NCBI GenBank assembly: GCA_001787005.1
Contig: MFUV01000004.1
Coordinates: forward strand, 911 to 64,910
Source of the DNA: Candidatus Nomurabacteria bacterium RIFCSPLOWO2_01_FULL_39_18
Lineage (GTDB): Bacteria; Patescibacteriota; Minisyncoccia; Phycocordibacterales; UBA9973
Direction of reading: 5' to 3'
DNA: 64,000 nt
The number at the start of each line of letters is the position of its first letter. Position 1 is the stretch's first letter. The position numbers and the translations under genes were made by a program. The notes beneath the pieces were generated by a model, which saw nothing but the letters and a program-made list of their open reading frames with translations, made no database searches and was not told the DNA's origin. Of the stretch, positions 56,300-64,000 are shown piece after piece.

Positions 56300-58411
56300 T
56301 ATGTCAATCTCCGCGAGCTTGGCATTAGATTGAATAAAAGATTTTCGGGGTGGGACTTCGGAGCCCATAAGGATGTTGAAAATTTTGTTGGCTTCTTCGG
56401 CGTCGTCAATATTTACTTTTTTGAGTACTCGATGTGCTGGATCCATCGTTGTCTCCCAGAGTTCCTCTGGATTCATTTCTCCGAGACCCTTGAAACGCTG
56501 AATGTGAATTCTTGCCCCGTTAGAAGCAGGCTTCCCAGAGGAAGCCACAGATTCTAATGGGGTTGTTTGATCTTCATTTTCAGGTTCATTTTCTATCTCA
56601 TTAATCTCGCTCACTTCCGCGCCTTTACCAATAATTTTTAATTTTTCATCATCTGTATAGGCATAAGATATTTCTTTGCCTTTTTTAATTTTATAAAGCG
56701 GCGGCTGGGCAATATAAATATACCCCGCATCGATCACTTGTCTGAAGTATCGGTAAAAAAGTGTCAAGAGTAAAGTACGAATGTGCGAACCATCTACATC
56801 TGCATCAGTCGCAATGATTATTTTATGATAACGTATTTTTCCCAGATCAAAGGTATCCCCGATCGAAGTACCGAGCGCAATAACCAGAGACTTCACTTCT
56901 CTAGAAGCAAGCATCTTGTCTATGCGTGCACGCTCAACATTCAAAATTTTACCTCGCAGTGGAAGTATCGCTTGGGTACGGCGGTCTCTACCCTGCTTGG
57001 CACTGCCCCCAGCGGAATCTCCCTCCACTAAGAAAAGTTCCGATTCAGAAGCATTTTTTGTCTGACAATCTGCTAGTTTACCCGGAAGGGTCATGCCCTC
57101 GAGCGCGCCTTTGCGGAGTATTGAATCTTTCGCAGCCTTGGCGGCTTTGCGAGCCTTGAGCGCTAAAATAGATTTATTTATTATCGCTTTTGCATCGTCG
57201 GGGCTTTCCTCGAGGAAGCTGGCAAATGCTTCACCGAAGACCGTTGCCACAGCCCCCTGAGCCTCCATGCTTCCAAGCTTTGATTTGGTTTGTCCCTCAA
57301 ATTGAATTTCACGAAGTTTGACAGAAATAGCCACTGTGAGTCCTTCTAAGACATCTTCCCCTGTAAATCCACCTTCGGACTCCTTCATCATTTCCCGCTT
57401 CTTGCAATAAGTATTAAGGGTTCTAGTCAGGGCGGTTTTGAAACCAGTCACATGCGTACCACCTTCGGGGGTGTTGATATTGTTGGCGAAAGGAACAATG
57501 CGATCAACTATGTCGTCAACATATTGAAGAGCAATCTCCACGCCCACGCCGTCCGACTCTTTCTCAACATAAAAAATATTATCCTGTATAGGCTTTTGTA
57601 ATTTATTATAATATTTAATCAGAGAAATTAATCCTCCTTCGAAATAGAAAGAAGTGGAAGGAAGTTCTACTCCAAGCTCTCTAAAATAGAAAACGTCATC
57701 TTCATTTAAACCTTTTTTGCCTGCCTGCGCAGACAGGTTGTCCCACTCTCTCGCGTCAATAACCAAAATTTTCAGCCCTTTGACTAGGTACGCCTGCTGG
57801 CGGATATGATTTACTATTGTATGCCAATCAAATTTAATATCTTTGAAAATTTCTTCATCCGGCTCGAAAGTAATGATGGTGCCGTGGAGTTTAGAAGCGC
57901 CATTTTTTGTAACTTTAGACTTTTTCTTTCCTTTTGAATACTCTTGCACATATCTGCCTCCATCTCTATGCACTTCCGCTCTGCAGTATATAGAAAGAGC
58001 ATTAACGACAGATGCGCCCACTCCATGGAGACCACCGGAAACTTTATATCCACTATTCTCTCCGCCGAATTTTCCTCCAGCATGAAGAGTCGTCATAACT
58101 GTCTCAAGCGCGGAAACTTTTGTCTTCTTGTGCGTATCGACAGGTATGCCCCGGCCATTGTCCGCTACGCGAATACGATTGTGAGGAAGAAGCACAATTT
58201 CAATATTATTACAAAACCCCCCCATCGCCTCATCACGCGAATTGTCAAAAATCTCCCACACTAAATGATGAAGCCCTTCCGGGCCTGTTGTGCCAATATA
58301 CATGCCAGGACGCCTTCTCACGGGCTCTAGCCCCTCTAAAACAGAGATATCTGAAGCGTCGTAGTGGTGTCCATTTCCGCTCTTTTTACCCTCTTCTTTC
58401 TCCTTTGCCAT
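56297..58411 (-). CDS. gyrB: DNA gyrase subunit B
   Basis: GHKL ATPase domain, segment LHAGGKFGGENSGYKVSGGLHGVGASVVNALS, and a TOPRIM domain. Confidence 0.9.
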   Translation of the reverse strand: MAKEKEEGKKSGNGHHYDASDISVLEGLEPVRRRPGMYIGTTGPEGLHHLVWEIFDNSRDEAMGGFCNNIEIVLLPHNRIRVADNGRGIPVDTHKKTKVSALETVMTTLHAGGKFGGENSGYKVSGGLHGVGASVVNALSIYCRAEVHRDGGRYVQEYSKGKKKSKVTKNGASKLHGTIITFEPDEEIFKDIKFDWHTIVNHIRQQAYLVKGLKILVIDAREWDNLSAQAGKKGLNEDDVFYFRELGVELPSTSFYFEGGLISLIKYYNKLQKPIQDNIFYVEKESDGVGVEIALQYVDDIVDRIVPFANNINTPEGGTHVTGFKTALTRTLNTYCKKREMMKESEGGFTGEDVLEGLTVAISVKLREIQFEGQTKSKLGSMEAQGAVATVFGEAFASFLEESPDDAKAIINKSILALKARKAAKAAKDSILRKGALEGMTLPGKLADCQTKNASESELFLVEGDSAGGSAKQGRDRRTQAILPLRGKILNVERARIDKMLASREVKSLVIALGTSIGDTFDLGKIRYHKIIIATDADVDGSHIRTLLLTLFYRYFRQVIDAGYIYIAQPPLYKIKKGKEISYAYTDDEKLKIIGKGAEVSEINEIENEPENEDQTTPLESVASSGKPASNGARIHIQRFKGLGEMNPEELWETTMDPAHRVLKKVNIDDAEEANKIFNILMGSEVPPRKSFIQSNAKLAEIDI

Positions 58412-58430
58412 GGGGTAATTATATCAGATT

Positions 58431-60317
58431 TTACCTCACTTGCCAAGCTTCATTTCCCTTAATTTTATTAGATATTTTGGCCATAATTTCGTTTATTTCT
58501 GTGTCTGTTAGAGTGCGATTATAAGACTGAAAAACCAGACGAAAGGCGTAAGAAATTTGACTGTCTTTTTTGAACTCGTCGAATAAATCAGGGCCCTTAA
58601 TTAGGAGTTCTCCCGCGTTTTCTTTTATAATTTTTTGAACTTTTGAACTTTCAACTGAAGCGGGCACCCATACAGCAATGTCTCGCGCGATGAATGGGTA
58701 CAATGACCACATTTGAAATTTTTCTGAATAAGAATTTTCTTTAGAAGAGACTTGGGAGCGCGTCGGCGCGAGCACGAGGAATTTTTCAGCAGAAAAATAT
58801 CCGTGCTCTTCTGAAGAAGAATTCTTAGAAAGAAAATCATCTAAACTTGTTTCTATTATTTTTTCTTTTTCATTGTACACAACATGCATTTCTTCTCCAT
58901 TTTTTTTAAACACAGTTCCTATTTCGAAAATTTTAATTTCATTGAAGTCAAGCAATAAAGCATTCAGTTTATTTAATTTTAAACTTTCCTTAAGTCCATC
59001 AGTCAAATTCGTCCTTAAAAATTTCTTGTCTGAAGCACTTTGCATCACCTCCACTTCCCCCTTGTCTTGGAAGACGTATGTCATCACTTCAGAGTAACCC
59101 TCATCTAATAATTTATTTCTGGCGAAAGCTATTTTGGCGTAAGTTTCGTTAACTTTCGGCTTAAAATCTATCTTGGGCATTATCGGCTTTACTCTGTCAT
59201 ACCCTAAAATTCTACCTATCTCTTCCGCCATATCCTCTTCCATAACTAGATCAAGCCGCATCGCTGGCACAGTAATTGTGAACTTGGAGGTCTTGCCTCC
59301 AAGTGGAGGCAAGACCTCCAAGTTGTACTCAATATTGTATCTCTTAAAAATATCTTCTATCTCTTTTGCGGAAACGACTAAGCCTAAAATTTTAGAAATT
59401 TTCTCCGTTGAAAAAGAAAGTTCTCTCTCTTCTTGTTTTTTTGGATAAATATCCACAACATCCTCAAAAATAGCTTCGGGGCACATTTCCGCGATTAGCG
59501 CAGAAAGTTCGCGCATACCGTATTCTGCCATTGTCGGTGACAAATCGTTCTCAAATCTCTTGCGCGCGTCAGTAAAAATGTTTAGGGCTTGGGCGGTTTT
59601 GCGCACGCTAGTCGGATCGAAATTAGCACATTCTAGAATTATATCCGTTGTATCTTTATTCAATTCCGCATATTGCCCCCCTTTTATCCCCGCAATATCC
59701 AGAGAATTTCCAAAATCGTCAGCAATTACCATCATGGTTTCATTCATTATTTTTTCCCCTCCGCCAAGCAGAGTTATCTTTTCCCCTGCTTTAGCATTTC
59801 GTACTTTTAGTTTTAAATCTTTAACTTTTTTCAAATCAAAAACATGCGCTGGTTGGCCGCAATTAAACATTGTGAGGTTTGTGGCATCCACGATATTGTT
59901 TATGCTTCTCTGCCCGATTGATTCTAAATGCTTCACTACCCATTCTGGCGATGGGCCAATTTTAATATTCCTGACGACTCTGCCCATGTATCGGCGGCAG
60001 TTTGGACTTTCAATTGTTTTTACTAACTTCGTCGGCTTGGATTCTGGAATTTTGTATTTAGGCGTTGGGTCAATATATGAAATATTTAAAAGTGAGGCAA
60101 GCTCGCGGGCTATACCTTGATGGGAAAGCAGGTCATGCGCGCGGTTTGGTAAAATTTTTATATCAAAAATAAAATCACCACCCCCAGCCCCCTCCTCCAC
60201 AAGGAGGGGAGTTACACTTTCTACCTCCGCAACATGGTAAGTTATAATATCCGCCAGTTTTTCTGCAGAAGGAACATCGGGTATATACCATTTAAGCCAA
60301 TTGTAGGAAATTAGCAT
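58431..60317 (-). CDS. pheT: Phenylalanyl-tRNA synthetase beta subunit, compact, with two in-frame repeat insertions
   Basis: B3/4 domain, B5 domain and a C-terminal FDX-ACB-like domain. 628 aa. The N-terminal insertion VTPLLVEEGAGGGDF comes from GC-rich element D. The insertion EEHGYFSAEKFLVLA comes from the AT-type hairpin at 58770-58808. Confidence 0.85.
   Translation of the reverse strand: MLISYNWLKWYIPDVPSAEKLADIITYHVAEVESVTPLLVEEGAGGGDFIFDIKILPNRAHDLLSHQGIARELASLLNISYIDPTPKYKIPESKPTKLVKTIESPNCRRYMGRVVRNIKIGPSPEWVVKHLESIGQRSINNIVDATNLTMFNCGQPAHVFDLKKVKDLKLKVRNAKAGEKITLLGGGEKIMNETMMVIADDFGNSLDIAGIKGGQYAELNKDTTDIILECANFDPTSVRKTAQALNIFTDARKRFENDLSPTMAEYGMRELSALIAEMCPEAIFEDVVDIYPKKQEERELSFSTEKISKILGLVVSAKEIEDIFKRYNIEYNLEVLPPLGGKTSKFTITVPAMRLDLVMEEDMAEEIGRILGYDRVKPIMPKIDFKPKVNETYAKIAFARNKLLDEGYSEVMTYVFQDKGEVEVMQSASDKKFLRTNLTDGLKESLKLNKLNALLLDFNEIKIFEIGTVFKKNGEEMHVVYNEKEKIIETSLDDFLSKNSSSEEHGYFSAEKFLVLAPTRSQVSSKENSYSEKFQMWSLYPFIARDIAVWVPASVESSKVQKIIKENAGELLIKGPDLFDEFKKDSQISYAFRLVFQSYNRTLTDTEINEIMAKISNKIKGNEAWQVR
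58770..58808. repeat. AT-type hairpin element, copy 2, in-frame in pheT
   Basis: The sequence gagcacgaggaatttttcagcagaaaaatatccgtgctc closely matches 16007-16045. Confidence 0.5.
60176..60212. repeat. GC-rich palindromic element, copy D, in-frame near the pheT N-terminus
   Basis: Hairpin cccctcctcc-acaa-ggaggggag. Confidence 0.45.
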
Positions 60318-60360
60318 AGTTTATAAAGTTTTTAAAGTTGTAAAGTTCATAAAGTTAAAT

Positions 60361-61080
60361 TCAATTGAATTGATTGAGGCGCAAGTCACCTTGATAAAAT
60401 AATCGCACATCAGGAATACCCCATTTAACCATTGCTATACGATCAAAACCAAGACCGAAAGCAAATCCCTGAACTTTTTTTGGATCCAAGCCACAACTAC
60501 GTAAAACACCTGGATGAATTACACCAGAACCACCCATTTCAAGCCATTTCCCCTGAAACTTTGCGAAAACTTCTATTGATGGCTCGGTAAAAGGAAAAAA
60601 ACTCGGACGGAATTCAATATCTGTATTTTCGCCAAGCATTTTTTGAAAAAATTTAGTAAGTACGCCCTTCAAATTTGCCAAAGAAATTCCATCTTCAATA
60701 CTACCTATCATACATCCATCAATATGAAAAAACTGCATCTCATGAGTAGCGTCAGTAGCCTCATTTCTAAAAATCTTCCCCAGAGAAATGAAGGCAGAAG
60801 GAATTCGTCCCTCTCTCCCAGCTTTTTCAATTTCACGAGCAGATACACTTGTACAGTGTGTACGCAACACAGATCCAGGTTTACCCTTAATCCAAAAAGT
60901 GTCTTGCATGTCTCGCGCTGGGTGATCCTTGGCAACATTCAAAACATCAAAATTGTACCACTCGCTTTCGAGCTCTGGTCCAAGCGCAATTTCAAAACCC
61001 ATATCAGCGAAAGCCTGATAAGCTTCTTGCGCCAAAAGTGAAAGCGGATGTATTTTCCCCTGTTTATTTTCCTTACTCAT
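60361..61080 (-). CDS. pheS: Phenylalanyl-tRNA synthetase alpha subunit, catalytic core only
   Basis: Segments FDVLNVAKDHPARDMQDTFWI and FRPSFFPFTEPSIEV. Confidence 0.9.
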   Translation of the reverse strand: MSKENKQGKIHPLSLLAQEAYQAFADMGFEIALGPELESEWYNFDVLNVAKDHPARDMQDTFWIKGKPGSVLRTHCTSVSAREIEKAGREGRIPSAFISLGKIFRNEATDATHEMQFFHIDGCMIGSIEDGISLANLKGVLTKFFQKMLGENTDIEFRPSFFPFTEPSIEVFAKFQGKWLEMGGSGVIHPGVLRSCGLDPKKVQGFAFGLGFDRIAMVKWGIPDVRLFYQGDLRLNQFN

Positions 61081-61083
61081 TTA

Positions 61084-61305
61084 TCAATGATGCCTTACAT
61101 CTACATGAAAACCTTTTTCTGGATTATGTTCCATTACAAATTTTCTACCTTCACCGTCGGCAAAATGAACCTTCTCTCCCCGTTCTGCCCTTTCTTGAAG
61201 TTGTCTAAGTCCATCCTTGGTTAATCCATGTTCCAGCCAATGTTGGACCCCAGCGGCTCCACTATGAATATCAATTTTTTGATCATGAATGTGATGTGTA
61301 TCCAT
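61084..61305 (-). CDS. Hypothetical His-rich small protein
   Basis: 73-aa ORF downstream of pheS. Confidence 0.3.
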   Translation of the reverse strand: MDTHHIHDQKIDIHSGAAGVQHWLEHGLTKDGLRQLQERAERGEKVHFADGEGRKFVMEHNPEKGFHVDVRHH

Positions 61306-61335
61306 ATAACTAAATAATTAAATAATAATACTAAA

Positions 61336-62316
61336 TTATACCAAATCCATCTTGACTGGGCTAATCTTTCCGCCCCCGCCCTGGAAACTACTTGGGGCGG
61401 GTTGGCGGACAGGTCTTCCGTGACGGCTAATAATACACCCAGCCGGACAGAACACGCTTCCATTATTCTTCTCAACACAAACACTACAAGCGATAAAGTG
61501 CCTGTGGCAAATTGGGTTGGCACAGTTTACAAAGTTTTCTGATGGTTCTTTGCAATTATCACACTTACCCACTATTTTATGATTCGGATCATCGGTGTAG
61601 AAACCCATGATAACACGTTTATCAAAAACATAAAGCTTTCCTTTGAAATTTTCATTTGGATATTTTTCCATGTAGCTCACAATTCCCCCATCAAGTTGAT
61701 ATACATCCGTGAACCTCTGTGTTATCAAAAACCCAGAAGCTTTTTCACAGCGCACACCTCCGGTGCACACCGTGAGTACCGTTTTATTTTTTAGGTGTTT
61801 AATCTGCCCCACCACTTTCGGCAGATCGCGAAAATTCTCAATGGGTGGGAGAATAGAATTTTCAAAGTGCCCGACTTTATGTTCGTAAACATTGCGCATG
61901 TCGATAATGTAGAATTCGCGCCCATTTTTTATCCACTCGTGCAATTCTTTAGGAGGCAAATGTACACCTGTAACTTGATTCGGGTCTATGTCGCAAGTTC
62001 CCAAATGAAGTGAAACAATCTCCCTCCGCACTTTTATAGACAATTTTGGGAAAGCATTCCCGATGCCAATACTATATTTAAAATGTATTCCGTGAAATCT
62101 CTCATCTTTCTCCAGCTCCTTTACATATTCTTTTATATTCTCCGAAGTCCCCTCAAAAGTCGCGTTGATACCCTCGCTCGCTACAATACACCTACCTTTG
62201 AGCCCTAATTTTGTACAAAGCTTTACTTGCCGCTGCCGAACATGCTCGGGATCCACCATGTGGACATATTTGTAAAAAAGAATAATTTGCCAATCTTTAC
62301 TTGCCATATTTCTCAT
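61336..62316 (-). CDS. Rhodanese-domain protein of the UPF0176/TrhO family (tRNA U34 hydroxylase-like)
   Basis: N-terminus ILFYKYV...GRCIVASEGINAT, a rhodanese-domain Cys and a Cys-rich C-terminus. Confidence 0.7.
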   Translation of the reverse strand: MRNMASKDWQIILFYKYVHMVDPEHVRQRQVKLCTKLGLKGRCIVASEGINATFEGTSENIKEYVKELEKDERFHGIHFKYSIGIGNAFPKLSIKVRREIVSLHLGTCDIDPNQVTGVHLPPKELHEWIKNGREFYIIDMRNVYEHKVGHFENSILPPIENFRDLPKVVGQIKHLKNKTVLTVCTGGVRCEKASGFLITQRFTDVYQLDGGIVSYMEKYPNENFKGKLYVFDKRVIMGFYTDDPNHKIVGKCDNCKEPSENFVNCANPICHRHFIACSVCVEKNNGSVFCPAGCIISRHGRPVRQPAPSSFQGGGGKISPVKMDLV

Positions 62317-62356
62317 CTTCTTATCATATTAACTGCAAAAAGACAAAATGACAACC

Positions 62357-62432
62357 AGGTAGTAGAGCTTGGCAATGCGCAAAGCGCGTTCTTTTAGAAC
62401 TTTGCCAAGTCTCACTACCGGGTGCTACAATA
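62357..62432. repeat. Long imperfect hairpin element, copy 2, in the trhO 5' leader
   Basis: Arms accaggtagtagagcttggcaa / ttgccaagtctcactaccgggt. Relative to copy 1 there is a compensatory G:C to A:T change. The internal A·C mismatches are conserved. Confidence 0.5.
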
Positions 62433-62623
62433 GAAATGTGACCCATTCGAGACACTCAGGCTCGAATGAGGTCATAGTGATTGCAAAGAACCATGAGAAA
62501 AACTTACTATATCTTGATTGCTCTATTCCTGTCTTTCATCATCATCGGTCTTTATATCGGCTGGCTTGATAATGGACCAGGGTTCTTTTAGTGATCTTGC
62601 ATGGATTCTCGATAAAGTTAATA

Positions 62624-62659
62624 TTGTTAGAAATTCTGCGATAGCAGAAAATCTAACAA
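62624..62659. repeat. ~36-bp palindrome (Pal3), copy 1, downstream of regulator P3
   Basis: Sequence attgttagaaattctgcgatagcagaaaatctaaca. Second copy at 63172-63207. A further flanking direct repeat ggctYgataatggRYcaggg lies at 62567-62586 and 63222-63241. Confidence 0.5.
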
Positions 62660-62671
62660 GTAAAAAAATCA

Positions 62672-63160
62672 TTATTTTTTGAAATTATAACCCCTCGCAA
62701 GTTTAAAGGTTTTTAAATCTTCTCTCAAGCCGATACTTTTAATGTAATCCAAAAATTCTTTCGGTAGGGGTGAAGGACCCACCCAAACACTTTTCTGTAT
62801 CATGGCATAATTAAATTTCTTGAGATGCCAGCGCAACCATTCCCTTTCCGCTTTCTTTGGTTCTGGAACATCAAACATAACTATCAGGTTCTTTGGCGCA
62901 TCTTTGTCGAATTGAAAATCAAATTGTTGCAGAGAGTCAATTTTTCTTTTAATATAATTTATACCTTTCGGGGTAATGTACAGTCCGTCGCAATCCCCCA
63001 CAAGTTTTTCTTTTATGAGATGCGACATAGTTCCCCGCAATGAGCTCTGCGAATAATTTTTAAATCTTGGTAAACCCAAAAGGTTTACCCGACTTCCTTT
63101 ATAGTTGAGCGACACGCTACTAAGCTCTTTTAGAATGTCGTATATAATACTCATGCACAA
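62672..63160 (-). CDS. Winged-HTH + PaaX_C-like protein, paralogue P3
   Basis: Segment NLIVMFDVPEPKKAEREWLRWHLKKFNYAMIQKSVWVGPSPLP. Confidence 0.45.
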   Translation of the reverse strand: MCMSIIYDILKELSSVSLNYKGSRVNLLGLPRFKNYSQSSLRGTMSHLIKEKLVGDCDGLYITPKGINYIKRKIDSLQQFDFQFDKDAPKNLIVMFDVPEPKKAEREWLRWHLKKFNYAMIQKSVWVGPSPLPKEFLDYIKSIGLREDLKTFKLARGYNFKK

Positions 63161-63171
63161 AGTATAGCAAA

Positions 63172-63207
63172 TTGTTAGGAACTCTGCTATCGCAGAGAAT
63201 CTAACAC
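63172..63207. repeat. Pal3, copy 2, upstream of P3
   Basis: Sequence attgttaggaactctgctatcgcagagaatctaaca. Confidence 0.5.
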
Positions 63208-63235
63208 TATGAATAAAAGCTGGCTCGATAATGGG

Positions 63236-63682
63236 TCAGGGATTTTTATTTTGAGTCTTGGAAAAAATTATTAAAGTTTTTTCAAAATTGTCTGGAACAT
63301 CTACTATTTCATAAGAAAAACCATCTGGTAGTACAAACTTTCCATCGTTAATGAATTTTTCTACTGTTGCTTTATCAACTTCAGTTGATAGTAGAATTTT
63401 GCCGTTCTCTTTTAATAACTTCTGACAGATCTTAAATGTATCTGGGTTAATTATAAGTTCTTCACTTAAACAAAACATTGTTATTAAATCCGACATTTCT
63501 TCACCTTCTAGTTTAGTAAAATCAACCTCAAGAATAGCGGGAGATTCATTGAAATCTATTTCTTGTATACTTTTAAGAGGGACCCCCTCTTTTTTGAATA
63601 AATCTAGTGCTTGTTGATTTTTGATAGAAACTTTCTCAATACCAAGCCATTTTGCAATACTCGCAAACAGTCGCTTTGCCAT
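63236..63682 (-). CDS. Hypothetical protein
   Basis: 148-aa ORF with no recognised motif. Confidence 0.3.
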   Translation of the reverse strand: MAKRLFASIAKWLGIEKVSIKNQQALDLFKKEGVPLKSIQEIDFNESPAILEVDFTKLEGEEMSDLITMFCLSEELIINPDTFKICQKLLKENGKILLSTEVDKATVEKFINDGKFVLPDGFSYEIVDVPDNFEKTLIIFSKTQNKNP

Positions 63683-63962
63683 AGGAATTATAATTGCAAG
63701 GCCTATTAACCCATTCGCCCGTTTTAACTAAGTGGTCATAATCTGCAATGTCTTTCAGTAGTAACTCAATTTCCCCCTTCGTTATTATCCTATCGTAAAA
63801 AATTTCTTTTTTATTCTTTGCCTCCAGAAATTCCAGCCGGCTCTTTCTTACATCCGCTTTAGAAGTATTTTGAAGCAAATATGAATACATCGCCAGCTGT
63901 CGTAAGTATGAGCTCATTCTTCCTTCCTCGTCAAGCTTCTCTATTTCGCCTTTTTTCTTCAC
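63636..63962 (-). CDS. Hypothetical protein with a C-terminal Cys pair, possibly N-terminally truncated
   Basis: 108-aa ORF near the window edge. Confidence 0.25.
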   Translation of the reverse strand: MKKKGEIEKLDEEGRMSSYLRQLAMYSYLLQNTSKADVRKSRLEFLEAKNKKEIFYDRIITKGEIELLLKDIADYDHLVKTGEWVNRPCNYNSYGKATVCEYCKMAWY

Positions 63963-64000
63963 ACTTCCAGTCTTGAAATCCGTTACGCGTAATTCATTCT

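Noticed and set aside
1-64000. CRISPR arrays, rRNA genes, group I/II introns, prophage blocks.
   Set aside because: No regularly spaced short direct repeats, no rRNA-like sequence, and no intron or phage structural-gene signatures were seen by eye.

Overview
The window is AT-rich (~38% GC), gene-dense and largely housekeeping. Protein features resemble a reduced, Patescibacteria/CPR-like genome: Lys-rich N-termini, minimal aminoacyl-tRNA synthetases and a tRNA-Ala without encoded CCA.

Core genes identified from motifs:
- Transcription/replication: rpoB, rpoC, rpoD-dnaG, gyrB, rnc plus a miniaturised smc.
- Translation: pheST, proS, thrS, rpsB-tsf, rpsP, trmD, rpmF.
- Cell envelope and other: mreBC, tgt, glnA, a P-type ATPase, a GT2 glycosyltransferase, RNase R.
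- RNA genes: an RNase P RNA and two tRNAs.
- Polyamine cluster: arginine decarboxylase-like, DUF192, agmatinase, deoxyhypusine-synthase-like.
- argG-argH: argG carries a single in-frame TAA, and argH lacks its C-terminal ~60 aa. A T-box-like leader with an intrinsic terminator sits upstream.

The accessory layer is unusually rich for 64 kb:
1. A family of short GC-rich palindromic elements (Rickettsia-RPE-like) sits in-frame inside tgt, rnr and pheT, with one intergenic copy.
2. A second, AT-type hairpin repeat sits in pheT and between tgt and mreC.
3. A 287-bp element with inverted-repeat ends encodes a GIY-YIG nuclease and lies at the 5' end of tRNA-Ala, with an 11-bp duplication of the tRNA 5' end.
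4. A REP-associated tyrosine transposase (RAYT) is flanked by REP-like hairpins; the hairpins supply the C-terminal tails of both neighbouring genes.
5. Three divergent paralogues of a putative winged-HTH + PaaX_C-like regulator are each bracketed by two copies of their own palindrome.
6. At least five toxin-antitoxin loci are present: phd-mazF, two hicBA pairs, dinJ-yafQ and a solitary pemK. Two of them split or abut the rpoB-rpoC pair.
7. Repeated hairpin elements lie in the 5' leaders of rpsB and a downstream ORF (ending exactly at the ATG), and of glnA and trhO (with a compensatory base-pair change).
8. Two GC-rich islets stand out against the AT-rich background.

All calls rest on motif recognition and visual repeat-finding in the raw sequence. 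No database searches or structure predictions were run.
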